This document shows positions 60,861-64,000 of a stretch of 64,000 nt of DNA, one piece after another (position 1 is the first letter of the stretch; each line of letters starts with the position of its first letter). The notes under the pieces are model-generated. The model did not search any database. It was given only the letters and a program-made list of their open reading frames with translations, and was not told where the DNA came from. The position numbers and the translations under genes are program-made. The stretch is from Syntrophales bacterium (lineage in GTDB: Bacteria; Desulfobacterota; Syntrophia; Syntrophales; UBA2210): NCBI GenBank assembly GCA_963666365.2, contig CAXXNF010000002.1, forward strand, positions 896,001 through 960,000. Reading direction: 5' to 3'.

Positions 60861-62810
60861 ATGGGCAAAACACTGGTGGAAAAGATCATTGAAGGGCGCC
60901 TTGTTTCTGGCACATTTACTCCAGGCAGGGAGATTTCAATTCGCATCGATCAGACGCTTACCCAGGATGCCACGGGCACCATGGCGTATCTTCAGTTCGA
61001 AGCCCTCAATATCCCCCGTGTAACCACGGAACTCTCCGTCAGCTATATCGACCACAATACAGTACAGATAGGCTATGAAAACGGCGACGATCACGCATAT
61101 CTTGCGGACATCGCTCAAAACTACGGCATCTATCTCTCTCGGGCCGGTAACGGCATCTGCCATCAGGTGCATCTGGAACGATTCGGAATCCCGGGTAAAA
61201 CGCTTCTCGGTTCCGATAGCCACACCCCCACGGGGGGGGGCATGGGCATGCTTGCCATCGGCGCCGGCGGTCTTGACGTGGCGCTTGCCATGGGAGGTGA
61301 ACCCTTTTTTCTTACCTGCCCCAGGGTGGTCGGCATTACCCTGACGGGGAAACTCAGACCCTGGGTGTCGGCAAAAGATGTGGTTCTCAGGATACTTGAA
61401 CTTTTCACCACAAAGGGGAATGTGGGAACCGTTTTCGAGTACCGAGGCGATGGACTTGCCACTTTGACAGTACCGGAACGAGCCACAATCGCCAACATGG
61501 GCGCCGAGTGCGGGGTGACCACCTCGATCTTTCCAAGCGACGAAATGACACGCCGTTTTCTTACGGCCCAAAGACGCAAAAGAGACTGGGTGGAACTCAC
61601 CGCCGACAGTGACGCGGTCTATGATCGAATCGTTGATATCGATCTTTCGGAAATAGAACCGCTGGCCGCCGCTCCTCACAGTCCCGAGAACACAGTTTCC
61701 ATAAAACACATAACCGGAACACCGGTCGATCAGGTCTGCATAGGAAGCTGTACCAACTCGTCCTATAAAGATCTTGCGACAGTCGCCGCGATGCTCAAGA
61801 GAAAACATATTCACAGACGCGTAGGCCTTGTCGTTGCGCCCGGCTCCCGACAGGTCCTTGAAAACCTTGCCCGGGACGGATTTCTTGCCGACCTTATCGC
61901 CGCCGGGGCGCGCATCGATGAGTGCGCCTGTGGATTCTGTATCGGAAACAGCAGGAGTCCCTCATCGGGCGCAGTGTCGCTCCGCACATCCAACAGAAAC
62001 TTCAAGGGACGGTCGGGCACGGGAGACGCCAAAGTCTATCTCGTGAGCCCCGAAACAGCTGCCGCTGCGGCAATCAGCGGCCGAATCACCGATCCAAGAG
62101 ATCTGGGAATCCCATATCCGTCAGTCGAACCACCCCTGCAATTTCACATCGACGACGGCATGATTGTCCCGCCGGATGCATCACAGAACTCAGCGGTAAA
62201 AATTCGCCGGGGTCCCAACATCGGCGACCCCCCTGCCGGCGAACCCCTCCCCGCTGACATTGCAGGTGAAGTCACGATCAAAGTAGGCGATAGAATTACC
62301 ACGGACCACATCATGCCCGCCGGCGCCCGCATGAAATATCGCTCAAATATCGCTCGGTACGCCGAATTCGTCTTCGAACCGATAGACCCCTCATTTTCAG
62401 ACCGCGCAGCGGCAATCAAAAAGGAAGGCCGGCACAACATCATTATTGCTGGACTTTCCTATGGTCAGGGATCATCCCGTGAGCATGCGGCCCTGTGCCC
62501 CATGCATCTGGGAGTGAAGGCGGTGCTGGCGAAATCCTTTGAACGAATCCACGAATCGAACTTGATCAATTTCGGAATCGCTCCTTTCACATTTGCCGAC
62601 AGATCGGATTACGATGCAATTGACCAGGCGGATCTAATTGAGATACCGGCCATTCATGAACGTATTGCTTCGGACGATCCGATCATTGTAATCAACACAA
62701 CGAAAGGCCGTTCCTTTCAGGTACGATACAGTCTTTCCCCACGGCAGAAAGACATACTGCTGGCGGGGGGGGCGCTGAATTTTTCAAAGCATGCACGATT
62801 ATCGCTTTAA
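60861..62810 (+). CDS. Aconitate hydratase (single-chain aconitase family)
   Basis: LTQDATG, DH, GICHQ, GSDSHT, GSCTN, CGFCIG, NRNF.GR, TTDHI.P, YGQGSSRE; sits upstream of icd. Confidence 0.9.
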   Translation: MGKTLVEKIIEGRLVSGTFTPGREISIRIDQTLTQDATGTMAYLQFEALNIPRVTTELSVSYIDHNTVQIGYENGDDHAYLADIAQNYGIYLSRAGNGICHQVHLERFGIPGKTLLGSDSHTPTGGGMGMLAIGAGGLDVALAMGGEPFFLTCPRVVGITLTGKLRPWVSAKDVVLRILELFTTKGNVGTVFEYRGDGLATLTVPERATIANMGAECGVTTSIFPSDEMTRRFLTAQRRKRDWVELTADSDAVYDRIVDIDLSEIEPLAAAPHSPENTVSIKHITGTPVDQVCIGSCTNSSYKDLATVAAMLKRKHIHRRVGLVVAPGSRQVLENLARDGFLADLIAAGARIDECACGFCIGNSRSPSSGAVSLRTSNRNFKGRSGTGDAKVYLVSPETAAAAAISGRITDPRDLGIPYPSVEPPLQFHIDDGMIVPPDASQNSAVKIRRGPNIGDPPAGEPLPADIAGEVTIKVGDRITTDHIMPAGARMKYRSNIARYAEFVFEPIDPSFSDRAAAIKKEGRHNIIIAGLSYGQGSSREHAALCPMHLGVKAVLAKSFERIHESNLINFGIAPFTFADRSDYDAIDQADLIEIPAIHERIASDDPIIVINTTKGRSFQVRYSLSPRQKDILLAGGALNFSKHARLSL

Positions 62811-62825
62811 TGAGGAAGAGATACA

Positions 62826-64000
62826 ATGAGCAGCACAAAGAAAATCAAAGTTGTCAGCCCCATCGTTGAGATGGACGGTGACGAAATGACCCGCGTGATG
62901 TGGACCATGATAAAGGAAAAACTCCTTTACCCCTTTCTCGATATGGATATCCGTTACTACGACCTGCACATCGCCAATCGAGATATAACCAACGATCGGG
63001 TAACGGTGGAGGCGGCCGAGGCAACCATGGAATATGGCGTGGCCGTTAAGTGTGCCACCATTACCGCCAATATGGATCGGGTAAAGGAGTACAATCTGAA
63101 ACAGATGTGGAAAAGCCCGAACGGAACAATCAGGGCCATGCTTGACGGAACGGTCTTCAGGGCGCCAATAATTGTCAAAAACATCAAGCCTCTTATTCCT
63201 TCCTGGCGTCACCCCATAGTGATCGGCAGACACGCTTACGGCGACGTGTATGATAATGTGGAACTCTCCGTCCCCGGTCCCGGGGCGGCTGAAATCACCT
63301 TCACCCCTTCAGACGGCTCACCGGCTGTGCGAAGCGTTATAAAGAATTTTACGGGCACCGGCATCATTCAGGGTATTCATAATACCGATATATCGATTCG
63401 AAACTTTGCACAAGCCTGTTTTATATTTGCGTACGAAAGGAAGATCGATCTCTGGTTCAGCACCAAGGATACGATTTCCAAAATCTATGACGCGCGCTTT
63501 CGGGATATTTTCGAAGAGGAATACCGGCGCCACTGGAAAGAGAAGTTTCGCGATGCCGGAATTGAGTATTTCTTTACGCTTATAGATGATGCAGTTGCGA
63601 GGGTGGTTCGCTCTCAGGGAGGAATGCTCTGGGCTTTAAAAAATTACGACGGTGATGTGATGTCCGATATGATTGCCACCACCTACGGCAGTCTTGCCAT
63701 GATGACCTCCATCCTCGTCTCTCCGAAAGGATTTTACGAGTACGAAGCGGCCCACGGCACCGTACAGAAGCACTACTACCGGTACCTGGAAGGCGAGAAA
63801 ACGTCGACCAATTCAATGGCCCTCATTTTTGCGTGGTCCGGCGGACTCCGCAAACGGGGAGAACTGGATGAAACAGAAGATTTAGTAGACTTTGCCGACA
63901 GGCTTGAAGCAGCGGCGATAGAAACCATCGAAGCGGGAATCATGACAGGCGACCTTCTGCTTGTGGCCGATCCCGATCCACACAACCGCAAGGTAACCAC
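62826..64000 (+). CDS. icd: NADP-dependent isocitrate dehydrogenase (3' end truncated)
   Basis: Not in the ORF track. Manual translation gives [50 protein letters not shown]. Confidence 0.95.
   Translation, partial: MSSTKKIKVVSPIVEMDGDEMTRVMWTMIKEKLLYPFLDMDIRYYDLHIANRDITNDRVTVEAAEATMEYGVAVKCATITANMDRVKEYNLKQMWKSPNGTIRAMLDGTVFRAPIIVKNIKPLIPSWRHPIVIGRHAYGDVYDNVELSVPGPGAAEITFTPSDGSPAVRSVIKNFTGTGIIQGIHNTDISIRNFAQACFIFAYERKIDLWFSTKDTISKIYDARFRDIFEEEYRRHWKEKFRDAGIEYFFTLIDDAVARVVRSQGGMLWALKNYDGDVMSDMIATTYGSLAMMTSILVSPKGFYEYEAAHGTVQKHYYRYLEGEKTSTNSMALIFAWSGGLRKRGELDETEDLVDFADRLEAAAIETIEAGIMTGDLLLVADPDPHNRKVT

Overview
Chromosomal segment of an anaerobic Gram-negative bacterium, most consistent with Desulfobacterota (Syntrophales-like; lineage inferred from gene content, not tested). 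It is mostly housekeeping and metabolic: hom (partial), recG, purM-purN, pfkA, rpmB, a two-subunit CoA-transferase, recJ, a phosphorelay cluster, two LIV-type ABC transporter operons, hflKC, PMM/PGM, a GpgS-like glycosyltransferase, glycerate kinase, moaE, dciA, tRNA-His, a GAF-PilB/GspE ATPase, mutS, aconitase and icd (partial). Two features stand out. (1) At 32.2-46.6 kb, a TPR/beta-barrel outer-membrane protein (Slam/type XI secretion-like) is followed by a 4026-aa secreted protein and an out-of-context Skp chaperone. The giant protein has an N-terminal FecR domain and about 11 tandem ~280-350-aa acidic, Gly/aromatic-rich beta modules. (2) An unannotated 23-codon Phe-rich leader peptide (24480-24551, minus) has antiterminator/terminator architecture and sits directly upstream of an ABC transporter + acyl-CoA ligase operon, which suggests phenylalanine-responsive attenuation of aromatic-acid scavenging. 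No CRISPR array, rRNA, transposase or integrase was seen. All family calls come from motif recognition by eye; no database searches were run.
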